Notes under the pieces: generated by a model | Seen by the model: the letters and a program-made list of their open reading frames with translations, nothing else | The model's database searches: none | Told to the model about the DNA's origin: nothing | Assembly (NCBI GenBank): GCA_963795855.1 | Contig: CAWCIZ010000001.1 | Coordinates: 544,001-608,000 of the forward strand | Length of the DNA stretch: 64,000 nucleotides | Source: Vulcanimicrobiota bacterium | Lineage (GTDB): Bacteria > Vulcanimicrobiota > Vulcanimicrobiia > Vulcanimicrobiales > Vulcanimicrobiaceae | Direction of reading: 5' to 3' | Part shown: positions 30,496 through 40,728 of the stretch, piece by piece | Layout: each line of letters opens with the position of its first letter | How positions within the stretch are numbered: position 1 is the first letter of the stretch | Program-made: the position numbers and the translations under genes

Positions 30496-31325
30496 ATCGT
30501 CTTGATTTCGCAGTACGCCGCAATGTCGTCCAAACTTTGCGCGGCCGCGGAGAACCAGTCGCGCTTCGAGCGCGCGGGCAGAACGCGCGTACGCTTCACG
30601 TTTTCCGCCGCGAAGGATTGCAATTCGGCGGTTTGCGGACCGTCGAGGAATGCGAGCGCATTCACATCCATGTGCTTGGCAAGCACGGGCGCGAGTTCGC
30701 TGCGCGTACCGGTGATGATGTTTGCTACGCCGGCCGGCAGATCGCTCGTAGCGAGCGCCTCCGCAAACACGATCGCGGTGCGCGGATCCGTTTGCGACGC
30801 GACCACCACGACGGCGTTGCCTGCAACGAGCGCAGGCAGCAGGACCGATACGAGAGCGAGCAACGACGGTTCGTCCGGGGCGAGCATGGCGACGACGCCC
30901 ATCGGCTCGGCGGTCGAGAAGTTGAAGTGCGGACCGGCGACGGGATTGCGCGTGGACAGCAATGCCGCGTACTTGTCGCACCACCCGGCGTACCACACGA
31001 CGCGATCGATCGCGGCGGCCACCTCGTCTTCGCTGCCGGTGCGCTCGACGAACTCCGCACGGCGGGCCTCCATCATCTCCGCCAATCGGTAGAGGACGAG
31101 ACCACGTGTGCCGGGCGCGGTTTTCCACCATTTCGATTGTGCGGTGCGCGCGGCTACGACGGCGTCGCGAACGTCTTTTCGCGAACCGCGCGCGATATTC
31201 GCTACGTACTCGCTGCCGTCCGAGATCGGATCGCTGCGCCCGGACTCCGAACGCACGAACGCGCCGTTGATGAAGAGCTTGTACATCTTACGAACCGCTA
31301 GGCGCGGCTGATCGGTTTTTCCCAC
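30474..31325 (-). CDS. Short aldehyde dehydrogenase-like protein (NAD-binding half)
   Basis: RLAVRKMYKLFINGAFVRSESGR, EPMGVV, EIKTIWHP; no catalytic-Cys domain visible. Confidence 0.8.
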   Translation of the reverse strand: MGKTDQPRLAVRKMYKLFINGAFVRSESGRSDPISDGSEYVANIARGSRKDVRDAVVAARTAQSKWWKTAPGTRGLVLYRLAEMMEARRAEFVERTGSEDEVAAAIDRVVWYAGWCDKYAALLSTRNPVAGPHFNFSTAEPMGVVAMLAPDEPSLLALVSVLLPALVAGNAVVVVASQTDPRTAIVFAEALATSDLPAGVANIITGTRSELAPVLAKHMDVNALAFLDGPQTAELQSFAAENVKRTRVLPARSKRDWFSAAAQSLDDIAAYCEIKTIWHPAGI

Positions 31326-31391
31326 GAAAATCGAGTCTACGACGCAAGAGGGCAGCGCCCCTGGGTTGAACCTCGCGCCATGCCGGCCTCC

Positions 31392-32969
31392 ATGCGCGTC
31401 GTCATCGCCGAACCGTTCGCCGAACTCGGTCAAGCGGTTTTTCACGAACACGGGATCGACGTCGTTTCGTGCGTCGGGCGTCCGCGCGCCGAACTGGTCG
31501 CAGCGCTGCACGACGCGGATGGACTCATCGTGCGTTCGGAAACGCGCGTCGATCGCGATCTGCTCGCGCATGCGCCGCGCATTCGCGTCGTCGGCCGCGC
31601 CGGCGTGGGCGTCGATGCCATCGACGTCGATGCGGCGACGGAAGCGGGAATCGTCGTCGTCAATACGCCTGCGGCGAACACGATTGCCGCGACGGAGCAC
31701 ACGTTCGCGCTGCTTTTCGCGCTGCTTCGCAACGTCGCTCCGGCAAACGCGTCGCTTCGCGACGGGCGGTGGGAGCGCACGCCGTTCATAGGAACCGAGG
31801 TGTACGGCAAGACGCTGGGGATCATCGGGCTCGGCCGAATCGGCGGCGGCGTAACGTCACGGGCCCGATCGTTCGGCATGGATGTCCTGGCGTACGATCC
31901 GTTCGTCCCGGACTCGCGCGCCGAAGCTCTGGGCGCAACGCTCGTCTCGTTCGATGAATTGCTCGAGCGTTCGGATATCGTAACGCTGCACGTGCCGCTC
32001 ACTCCGCAAACGCGCGGAATGATCGATGCACGCGCGCTCGATCGCATGAAGCGCAGCGCGGTGCTGGTGAATTGCGCACGCGGCGGCGCTATCGACGAGG
32101 AAGCGCTGCTGGAAGCGCTGGATGCGGGCACGCTTCGCGCCGCTGCAATCGACGTGGTCGCCGTGGAACCGCCGGCAGCCGAATCAATGGGCGCGAAGCT
32201 GCAGCGTCACCCGCGCGTGCTTGCCACGCCGCATCTTGGCGGGTCGACCCGTGAAGCGCTGGAACGCATCGCGGTCGAGCTTGCGCGGGACGTTACGGAC
32301 GCACTGGGCGGAAAACCGGCCGCCGGAGCGGTAAACGCGCCGGCACCGACCGGCGCGCAAGCGGAACGCGTGCGTGCGTACGCCGGCGCCGCCGACATAC
32401 TCGGGCGGTTACTGCCGCAACTCTTCGGTGACGCGCTGCGCGTCCGGCTGCGTATGCACGTAAGCGGCGAAATCGCCGCGGCCGATCCGCAGCCGTTACG
32501 TGCTGCATTTCTGGCGGCGCTTCTGCAAACCACGACCGAACGGCGCGTCTCGATCGTCAATGCGGACTCCGTTGCGCGCGAAATCGGCGTCCTTTTGGAC
32601 GTCGTTGCCGATCCGCAGCCCGCACCGTTCGCATCCCTCGTCGCAGTTTTCGCCGGCCCGCATCGTATCGGCGCGAGCGTGCTCGCGGGCGGTCCGCGGA
32701 TCGTGCAGATCGATGGTTACGAACTCGATGCAATTCCGCAAGGCGCCTGGATCGTGACGCGACACGAAGACGTGCCCGGCATGGTCGGCCGCGTCGGCAC
32801 CATTTTGGGCAACGCAGGGGTGAATATTTCGACGATGCAAGTCGCGCGCGATCCGCAAGGCGGCGCCGCGCTGATGGTGCTCGCCGTAGATCGCCCAGTC
32901 GCGCACCAAGATCTGGAGCAACTGCGCGCAGTTCACGGCATGCAATCCGTCGACGCGCCGGTCTTTTAA
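31392..32969 (+). CDS. serA: D-3-phosphoglycerate dehydrogenase
   Basis: GRAGVGVD, GLGRIG, NCARG, TPHLGGST, C-terminal ACT domain. Confidence 0.95.
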   Translation: MRVVIAEPFAELGQAVFHEHGIDVVSCVGRPRAELVAALHDADGLIVRSETRVDRDLLAHAPRIRVVGRAGVGVDAIDVDAATEAGIVVVNTPAANTIAATEHTFALLFALLRNVAPANASLRDGRWERTPFIGTEVYGKTLGIIGLGRIGGGVTSRARSFGMDVLAYDPFVPDSRAEALGATLVSFDELLERSDIVTLHVPLTPQTRGMIDARALDRMKRSAVLVNCARGGAIDEEALLEALDAGTLRAAAIDVVAVEPPAAESMGAKLQRHPRVLATPHLGGSTREALERIAVELARDVTDALGGKPAAGAVNAPAPTGAQAERVRAYAGAADILGRLLPQLFGDALRVRLRMHVSGEIAAADPQPLRAAFLAALLQTTTERRVSIVNADSVAREIGVLLDVVADPQPAPFASLVAVFAGPHRIGASVLAGGPRIVQIDGYELDAIPQGAWIVTRHEDVPGMVGRVGTILGNAGVNISTMQVARDPQGGAALMVLAVDRPVAHQDLEQLRAVHGMQSVDAPVF

Positions 32970-32973
32970 AAGC

Positions 32974-33606
32974 GTGCCCGTAAACGTCTACGTCGCGCGT
33001 CACGGTGAAACGACGTGGAATGCCGTCGGCCGTTATCAAGGCCGGTTGGAAACGCCGCTATCCCCGCTCGGACAAGCGCAGGCGCAGGCGTTGGCCGGCG
33101 CGCTCTGCGAGCGAGGGACCGCCCGCATAATTTCGAGCCCGCTCTCGCGATGCGTGCAGACCGCAGTTCCCTTGTCGACCGAGCTGAATCTTCCCATCGA
33201 AACCGATCCGCTGCTGCTCGAAATCGCGCATGGAACGTGGGAAGGGCGCTACCGGGATGAGATTGCCGCTTCCGAACCGCTGCTGTACCGTGTATGGCGA
33301 GAGCATCCGGAGCGCGTGAAGTTCGAAGGCGGGGAGAGCCTCGAGGACGTCGCCCGCCGCTGGAAGGCCTTTGTCGAAAAGTTCGATCCGCCCGAGGATA
33401 CGCTGCTGGTCACGCATGACGTCGTCGTTCGCCTCGCCATTCTCGAGCGCTGCGACCGGCCCACAAACGAACTGCGTCACGTACGCGCGATGAACGCTGC
33501 CTTCGCGTGGTTCGAGGTCAACGGCGGCGTCTGGACGTTGCGCGAGGAGTGTGTCGCGGAGCATTTGGCGGGGCTGGCCGCGGACCCCGAGCGACAGGCG
33601 TTGTAG
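32974..33606 (+). CDS. Histidine phosphatase, PspA-like metal-independent phosphoserine phosphatase
   Basis: RHGET...RYQG, EIAHG, VTH; immediately after serA. Confidence 0.8.
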   Translation: MPVNVYVARHGETTWNAVGRYQGRLETPLSPLGQAQAQALAGALCERGTARIISSPLSRCVQTAVPLSTELNLPIETDPLLLEIAHGTWEGRYRDEIAASEPLLYRVWREHPERVKFEGGESLEDVARRWKAFVEKFDPPEDTLLVTHDVVVRLAILERCDRPTNELRHVRAMNAAFAWFEVNGGVWTLREECVAEHLAGLAADPERQAL

Positions 33607-33624
33607 GACGGGTATAACTGCCTT

Positions 33625-34185
33625 ATGACTACATCGACGCCGTTTTTGTCGGACGTTCAGGAACTTCGCCGTCGCGCGCGTGAAAACATGATGCGCGGGC
33701 CGGTCACCAGCGACTACCGCGGTGACGTCAAACAGTCCGTCGACATTCTCAATCAAGCGCTGGCGACCGAGATCGTTTGCGTCTTGCGCTACAAGCGCCA
33801 TTATTACATGTCCAAAGGGATTTACAAGGACGCGGTCGCGGCCGAGTTTTTAGAGCATGCGAATCAGGAGCAAGAGCACGCCGACAGCATCGCCGAGCGC
33901 ATCACGCAGCTCGGCGGCGAACCGGATCTCAACCCCGACGGCCTCGCAAGCCGCAGCCACTCGGAATATCGCGAAGGCGACAGCATGGTCGACATGATCA
34001 AAGAAAATCTCGTCGCGGAACGCATCGCGATCGAGTCGTACCGCGAAATGGTGCGGTTCTTCGGCGACAACGATCCGACCACGCGACGTATGCTCGAACA
34101 AATACTCGCCGTCGAAGAAGAGCACGCGAACGACATGGTGGATCTGCTCGAGCAGCACGGTACGGCCGTTCGAGGCGAAACCTAA
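33625..34185 (+). CDS. Ferritin-like/bacterioferritin protein
   Basis: ATEIVC, EQEHAD, AERIAI, EEEHA diiron ligands. Confidence 0.9.
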   Translation: MTTSTPFLSDVQELRRRARENMMRGPVTSDYRGDVKQSVDILNQALATEIVCVLRYKRHYYMSKGIYKDAVAAEFLEHANQEQEHADSIAERITQLGGEPDLNPDGLASRSHSEYREGDSMVDMIKENLVAERIAIESYREMVRFFGDNDPTTRRMLEQILAVEEEHANDMVDLLEQHGTAVRGET

Positions 34186-34187
34186 CC

Positions 34188-34796
34188 ATACGCTTTACGT
34201 TCGTGCGCCACGGAAGCACGCTTTGGAATAGCGAGCGCCGCTTCCAAGGACACGCCGACGTCCCACTCGATGCCCAGGGCCGCGCGCAAGCGCAGGCCCT
34301 GGCAGCGTTGTTTCGGCATGAACGTTTCGATCACGCCGTTTCCAGCGATCTCGCGCGCGCGTACGAAACGGCGAGAGCGATTCGCGCCGGTGCGCCGGTC
34401 GAACGGGACGATCGCTGGCGCGAATTCGCGTTCGGCGAATGGGAAGGTCTGACGTGGAAGCAAATCGTCGAACGCTGGCCGCATCTCACCGAGCAAGGCA
34501 GCACAGCTGCCAAGCTCTATGCGCCGCCGGGCGGCGAAACGTTCGACGCCGTCTGTGCGCGAGTACGCGCGGCGCTGAGCGACTTGGAGAAATCGGGACA
34601 CGCAAACGTGCTCGTCGTCACGCACGCCGGGGCGCTTCACGCCGTGCTGCATACATTTTTCGGCGACGGGGAAACGCAAATGCAAGAGGTGCTTGCAGTG
34701 CGATTCCTACCTGCTAGCGTCACGCGCATCCGTCTGGACGACGGTGCTGCAACGGTTGAAGCGCTCAGCGACGTCGCGCACCTTGCAACTTCATGA
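34188..34796 (+). CDS. Histidine phosphatase family protein (second paralog); apparent ATA start
   Basis: RFTFVRHG...RFQG, EFAFGEWEG, VTHAG. Confidence 0.85.
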   Translation: MRFTFVRHGSTLWNSERRFQGHADVPLDAQGRAQAQALAALFRHERFDHAVSSDLARAYETARAIRAGAPVERDDRWREFAFGEWEGLTWKQIVERWPHLTEQGSTAAKLYAPPGGETFDAVCARVRAALSDLEKSGHANVLVVTHAGALHAVLHTFFGDGETQMQEVLAVRFLPASVTRIRLDDGAATVEALSDVAHLATS

Positions 34797-34853
34797 TCTC
34801 TTCAGAAACATCCGATAGGCTGTGCCGGTATACAGAGACGGAAGGTACGGCCA

Positions 34854-35000
34854 ATGCAAGGAATACGCTACTTTAGGACCCTCGAAGAGGCGGCTCGCGC
34901 CGGATTCAATCTTTACGACAGCACGCCGGCCGGCTACATCGTGCGAGGCGGCACGCCCGGAGGCTTGGCGCTGGCACTCGTGAGGACCAAGAGGCCATGA
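34854..35000 (+). CDS. Small protein, 48 aa
   Basis: MQGIRYFRTLEEAARAGFNLYDSTPAGYIVRGGTPGGLALALVRTKRP; GGAAGG upstream; below the ORF-track cutoff. Confidence 0.6.
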   Translation: MQGIRYFRTLEEAARAGFNLYDSTPAGYIVRGGTPGGLALALVRTKRP

Positions 35001-35140
35001 AGATCGACACGCGCAGTGCGGCGCACAGAATCATTCCGAACGACACGCTTACGGATACCACTCCCGCTGCCCGGCAGCCGATCCGAATCCCATATCAGAC
35101 GGACACCGTGCTGTTCGGCGGCTGGGGCGTCAAATTATAG
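34997..35140 (+). CDS. Small protein, 47 aa
   Basis: ATGA overlap with the previous ORF; MKIDTRSAAH...TVLFGGWGVKL. Confidence 0.45.
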   Translation: MKIDTRSAAHRIIPNDTLTDTTPAARQPIRIPYQTDTVLFGGWGVKL

Positions 35141-37584
35141 ACGCCGCAGTTCCACGACGTGAAAGCCGTTCGGCGCGAGCACCGACGTTATGCCGTCGTT
35201 CAAATCATCCGCCGAAACGGTTTGCGCATCCACCCAATCGCCTTTGAGCGAATCGTACACGCGCATCGCATAACGTCCCTTCGCATCCCGTAAACGGAAC
35301 GCGGTGGTTACCGTGCGATGTTGAATGTTGCCCAGGATTCCGACGATGTGCCTCCCATCCCCAAGGGCAGCCGTAATTGCGTCGTCGCCGCTCGCGACGA
35401 ACCGGTCGCTTTCGTCGCGCGGAAGCACGCGCGGCGCCGGCGTACAGTCGAGCTGCGCGTTGCTCCACAGCTGCAGATCCGGCGTGCGCGCAAAAAACCA
35501 GGTTACGTTTTTTCCTCGGAACGGCACGTTTCGGAGTCCGGCCCAGCTCCAGTGCGGCGGGAGGTTCGGACGGAGCACCGGCGCGTCACCCGCAATGTTC
35601 AGACCGAAAACCCCTTCGATGACTGCCCAGATGTAGCGCGGCGGGAACCACGGTGAGAGCGGCATGCCCTGATTGACGAGCGTTTCGCCGTGCAGCCATT
35701 CGGAAAACTCGCCGGGAACGGTGTTGTTGCGCTGGGGATCCCTGGCGTAGTTTTGAAACCCGTTCGTAAGAGCTTCCTCGCTGAACGGCGCTAAGTGCTC
35801 CGCCGCGGCCTTCGCGTACCAGAAGGTCACGCCGTTCCACACGCCGCCAAGGCAGCCGCTCGCGCCTTCGGGCGTGTAGTTGATGGCATCGTGCGGAATC
35901 GTCCGCATGCCGCCGGGCGTCCAAAAATCGCCGTCGCTCAAGCGCCGTAAAATGTGGGCCGCGCGGTCGGAATCGGCCACGCCGAACAACACGGGAAACA
36001 CCAAATCGGCCGTCACGTCGCTGCGTGGAACGCCGTCCACGTCAATGTTCAAGTAATACAAGCCGTTGCCGGGATTGAAGAGATGCTGGTTTATCGCGCC
36101 TTTCAGCGCTGACGCGAGCTGCTCGAACTCACTGCTCGCGGCTTCGTCCTCGAGGGTTCGCGCCATGTGTGCGACGGACCGGAACGCCGCATAGCAGAGC
36201 GAGTTGATCTCGGTCGTCGCACCGCTCAGGCGGTATCCCGGTATTACGTTGCGCCATCCCGCTATGCCCCGAGCGCCGGTCTCGCGCGACGTGCACCACA
36301 CCAATCCTTGCTGGTTGCGCTGTTTGGCCAGGTAGCGCCCCGCTTTGAGAGCAGCCGCATACGTCTCTTTCAAAAAATCCAGATCGCCGGTCAACTGGAA
36401 GTGGTGCCAGATGCTCCAGACGATGAGCGGCGTGTCGTCGTTGACGTTCAGGCCGAAATCCTCGCATTTATCCGACAACATGTCGTAATACTCGACGAAC
36501 ATTCCGCTTCGCTCTTGCCGCTTCACGAACTGCATCAGGCACTCGCGCGAAAAATCGGGACGGAAATAGTCCGCACCCGCGCAGAACCATGCGGCATCGC
36601 GGCCGACGCAATTCGTAGACCTCAGCGGATCGTTCGTAACGGTCGCGCCCGACGGGGGCTGCAGCATGACGCGCTGCATATTGGTCTTGGCCCAAAGGAC
36701 CCCGCGGTTGATTTCCGGGTTCGGCGTGATCGCGACGGAGCGCTCTAGCACGTCGTGATACGTCTGCTGCGTCTTATTCAGCGCGGTTTCCGCTTTGGGC
36801 GCGGACTCGTACGAGCGCACCGCGTCCTGCTCTCCGTTCCCGCTCAACACGAAGCGAAAGATTATCTTCGCGGACTCTTTTTTTGCGAGAACGGTGCTGA
36901 AGTGCATGATGCCGCACGGCAGACCCGCCGGTGCGTCCGTCTTGTTCGAAAGTCGGCCGGGGCTCGTTCCCGTCACCGCTTTCGCATGGTCGATCGAGAC
37001 CTCATCACTCACCGGTGCACGAGACGCGCCGACGACCCGGGCCTGCTCGCGATTGTCCTTGCCGACCACGACGAACGCGCGCAACGTCTCGTCGTAGCGC
37101 GCCTGCACCTGGTCTTCGATGTTCTTGGCCAGTTCGCAAAATGCGTAACTGGCGACGCGCTGTTCTTCCTCGGAATCGTTCGTCAGTTCGAGAACGTAAT
37201 ATGCCGTCGCGCTTTCGCAGTGCACGAAGACGTCTTCGAAGACGTACACGCCGTTCGAGAGCATGTAGCGGTGCTCTTGATGCTCGGCATACAGAAAGAA
37301 GTGGCCGCCGACGGCGTCGAGCTTCATGCCGGATCGCTCGTCCCAGTGTTTCAACACGAATGCTCCGAGCAGACAAGCGCCCACGTCGACGCAGAACATG
37401 CGCTCGACCGCGCCGGTCGCCTTGAGCGTCAGCTGCAGTTCGGTGAGCCGAGCAGGCTGCCGCGTGCAAGGTCGTGGTCGGTGAGCCGGTAGGCGCCGAA
37501 ATTGTGAGGCCAGCGCAGTTTCGTCGTTCCATCGAGGCTGCCGATGATGTTCGCCCGGTACCGGACGGTGTCCGCATACTCCAT
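35135..37584 (-). CDS. Six-hairpin glycoside hydrolase (amylo-alpha-1,6-glucosidase-like), frameshift near 37445
   Basis: GRDAAW, DDTPL, EINSLCY, GGMRT, GGVW, GEFSEW; N-terminus MEYADTVRY in another frame. Confidence 0.75.
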
Positions 37585-37632
37585 GTGCATGGTTCGTTGA
37601 TTCCCGCGAGCGATGGGAATAAGCGTGCCGCG

Positions 37633-39243
37633 ATGCAGCAAGAAACGCACACCTCGCCCGCTCCGCAGACGAAGGGCGCCCGGTACCGCCATATCATGGC
37701 GACGCTTGCTCGCCACGGCATCGGCACGGTGTTCGGCGGCGACGACGCATCCCGAGCCCGCCATGTCCGCGAAGCCTGCGAAGAACTCGGCGCGACCTTC
37801 ATCAAACTCGGCCAGTTGCTCTCCGCGCGCGGCGACCTGCTGCCGGACGCATATCGCGACGAGCTTCGCAAACTTCAGGACTCCGTGCCGGCGATTCCGG
37901 CGAGCGAAGTCGCCCAGGTCATTCGCGAAGAGCTGGGCGCGGCGCCCGAGGAAATCTTCGCATTTTTCGATAGCGAACCGGCGGGAAGCGCGTCGATCGG
38001 GCAGGTACACGCGGCGCGTGCAGCCGACGGGCGCGACGTCATGGTGAAAATTCGCAAACCCGGCGTTCGGGAGACCGTCGAAATGGATTTGGCGATTCTC
38101 GCCGACGAAGCTGAAGCGTGGACGGAGCGCTTCCCCGCGCTCGCGGCGTACGACGTCCCCGGATTGGTTCGAGAATTCGCCGACACGATGCGTGAGGAGC
38201 TGGACTATACGAAGGAAGCTGTAAACGTTCGCTTCTTCAACGAACTCTTCGAATCGCAGCGTGGATTTTCGCTGCCGGAAACGATTGGCGAGTACTCGAC
38301 GGGGCGCGTTATTACGCTGACCCGCGTGGACGGCATGCGCGCGGACGAGGCCGGTAGCGTGACGAAGCGGCGCCGCGCGAGCGCCGCTCGCCGCGTGTCG
38401 CAGTTCATCTTGGAGCCGGCACTTTCGAAAGGCCTGTTCCACGCCGATCCGCATGGCGGGAACGTGCTGATCCGCGAAGACGGCGTCGTGTCCGTTCTCG
38501 ATTTCGGCATGGTTGGGCGCTTAACGCCCGAGGCGCGCCGCCGCGTCGCCGACGTGTTCGTCGCTATCGATAGGCGAGATGCGGAACGGCTCGCGGATCG
38601 TATCGTGGAAATTGCGGCGCCCCAGCATCCGATCGATCGCGCCGCGCTCGTCACCGACATGGACCGCATGCTGGAACACCACGTAGGCGAGGCGCTCGAA
38701 CACATGAACGTGGGCGAGGCTATCGGCGAACTGCTGCAACTCGTGCGCCGCTACCGCATGCGTTTGCCGGGTAATTACGCGTTGCTGTTCAAAACGCTAA
38801 TCATGACGGAAGCGCTCGTGCAGACGCTCGATCCGAATACGAATCTGGGGAGTTTGTTGGAGCCGCTGACGGACAAATTGATGTACGGCCAACTTTCCGG
38901 AGAGCAGTTTGTAAACCGGATGCGCGAATCGGCCGCGGATGCCGCGCACCTGAGCGTGGAACTTCCGCGCCGCGTCGACCGCGTTCTGGGCCAAGTCGAG
39001 CGCGGCAACGTTCGGGTATGGACGCGGGTCGAAGATCTCGATCGGACGATTGCGCGGTTCGAGCGCGTCGTCGAACGCGCGAACGCCACGATGCTGGCTG
39101 CGGCCTGTATCGTGGCGCTTGCGATTGTGATGCTGTTCTATCATCCGCAAGGGTGGGAACGCTGGATCGGCGTCATTTTCTGGGTTCTCTTTGCGGCCGC
39201 CCTCATTCACGTCGTCCGCACCATTCTCGCGCTGCGCCGATAA
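37633..39243 (+). CDS. ABC1/AarF/UbiB family atypical kinase
   Basis: LGATFIKLGQ, SASIGQVH, FHADPHGGN, LDFGM; C-terminal TM segments. Confidence 0.9.
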   Translation: MQQETHTSPAPQTKGARYRHIMATLARHGIGTVFGGDDASRARHVREACEELGATFIKLGQLLSARGDLLPDAYRDELRKLQDSVPAIPASEVAQVIREELGAAPEEIFAFFDSEPAGSASIGQVHAARAADGRDVMVKIRKPGVRETVEMDLAILADEAEAWTERFPALAAYDVPGLVREFADTMREELDYTKEAVNVRFFNELFESQRGFSLPETIGEYSTGRVITLTRVDGMRADEAGSVTKRRRASAARRVSQFILEPALSKGLFHADPHGGNVLIREDGVVSVLDFGMVGRLTPEARRRVADVFVAIDRRDAERLADRIVEIAAPQHPIDRAALVTDMDRMLEHHVGEALEHMNVGEAIGELLQLVRRYRMRLPGNYALLFKTLIMTEALVQTLDPNTNLGSLLEPLTDKLMYGQLSGEQFVNRMRESAADAAHLSVELPRRVDRVLGQVERGNVRVWTRVEDLDRTIARFERVVERANATMLAAACIVALAIVMLFYHPQGWERWIGVIFWVLFAAALIHVVRTILALRR

Positions 39244-39247
39244 CGCG

Positions 39248-40702
39248 CTACTGCCCTTGCGCGAGTGAGTATCCGCGCTCGCCGTCGAACGTGTACAACC
39301 CCTCGGTTTTGATGACGTCGAATCCGGCGTTGTTGACCGCTTCGATCAACTGAACGACTTGCGCCGTGCCGAACGGCTCGCCGCCGCCTTCGAAGCGGCA
39401 CGCCCAATGATCGCTCCAGAACGTGTCGGGGTTTCCGTTCGGCCAGACTTTCGTTCCGCGATTCGCAATCACGGTCAAGGCGGTGCCCGGAACGCTGAGC
39501 CCGTTGAGCGTCTCGGCTATGCGGTCCGGATTGCCGTCGGGCCGGTCGATGAAGACGTCCACACCAACCTGCCGTTTTTTCCCGGTCGAGCTCTTGGCCC
39601 GCGCGGCAATGTCCATCTGCGCGCCTTTGGCGTACTCCACGGCTTTGAGATGCTGGGGTTTGCGGCCGAGCCGTTCGATGATTGCGTCCGCAAACTCGCG
39701 CGTGCCGACCTTCTGTTTGCTCACGCCTTCTTTGTAAATGTCGTACGTGTGCACGCCGTCCTCGATCGTGCGCAGCCACGCGTTGTGCACTTTCTCGGCA
39801 ATATCGCCCTGACCGATGTGCGTGAGCATGAGCAACGCGCCGTGCATCAAGCCCGACGGATTCGCAAGATTCTGCCCCGCGCGCCGCGGTGCGGAACCGT
39901 GAATCGCCTCGAACATCGAGCAGTGATCGCCGATGTTTGCGGACCCGGCTAATCCGACCGAACCGGTGATCTGCGCTGCAACGTCGGAGAGCACGTCGCC
40001 GTACAAATTCGGCATGACGAGCACGTCGAAGGCCTCCGGCGTATCCGCCATCTTCGCCGCCCCGATATCGACGATCCAGTGCTCGTTCTCGATTTCGGGA
40101 TACTCCTTTGCGATCTCGTCGAAGATTTTGTGGAACAGACCGTCCGTGATCTTCATGATGTTGTCTTTGGTGAAGCACGTCACTTTTTTACGCTTATTGG
40201 CGCGTGCGTACTCGAAGGCGTACCGGACGATTCGCTCGCTGCCCGGGCGCGAGATCAGTTTCAGACACTGCGTAACCTGATTGGTCTGCCGGTGCTCGAT
40301 GCCGCCGTAAACGTCTTCCTCGTTCTCGCGCACGATCACGAGGTTCATGTTCGGATGCTTGGTCGCAACGTACGGATGCAGCGAGGCGCAAGGGCGCACG
40401 TTCGCGTACATGCCGAGCGTCTTGCGCACCGTGACGTTGAGCGATTTGAAACCGCCGCCCTGCGGGGTCGTGATTGGCGCTTTCAAAAAGACCTTCGTGC
40501 GGCGTAGCGATTCCCACGACGAATCTTCGATGCCGTTGCTCAACCCGCGGTTGTAGACGCTTTCGCCTATGTCGATGTTTTCGATGTCGAGTTGCGCGCC
40601 CGCAGCCTCGATGATGCGCAGCGTCGCGTTCATGATCTCCGGTCCGATACCGTCTCCGTGGGCAACGGTGATCGGCGTCTTCTTTGCGGTGAGCGTGGTC
40701 AC
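39248..40702 (-). CDS. icd: NADP-dependent isocitrate dehydrogenase
   Basis: GDGIGPE, SLNVTVRK, KDNIMK, NLYGDVLSD, EAIHGSAP; AAGGAG RBS before the GTG. Confidence 0.92.
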   Translation of the reverse strand: MTTLTAKKTPITVAHGDGIGPEIMNATLRIIEAAGAQLDIENIDIGESVYNRGLSNGIEDSSWESLRRTKVFLKAPITTPQGGGFKSLNVTVRKTLGMYANVRPCASLHPYVATKHPNMNLVIVRENEEDVYGGIEHRQTNQVTQCLKLISRPGSERIVRYAFEYARANKRKKVTCFTKDNIMKITDGLFHKIFDEIAKEYPEIENEHWIVDIGAAKMADTPEAFDVLVMPNLYGDVLSDVAAQITGSVGLAGSANIGDHCSMFEAIHGSAPRRAGQNLANPSGLMHGALLMLTHIGQGDIAEKVHNAWLRTIEDGVHTYDIYKEGVSKQKVGTREFADAIIERLGRKPQHLKAVEYAKGAQMDIAARAKSSTGKKRQVGVDVFIDRPDGNPDRIAETLNGLSVPGTALTVIANRGTKVWPNGNPDTFWSDHWACRFEGGGEPFGTAQVVQLIEAVNNAGFDVIKTEGLYTFDGERGYSLAQGQ

Positions 40703-40728
40703 GTGGTTCTCCTTCGGAGTGGCGGCTT

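Noticed and set aside
33777..34796. 339-aa histidine phosphatase with a long N-terminal extension
   Set aside because: The extension is an off-frame overlap of the ferritin gene (Arg-rich, non-protein-like sequence).
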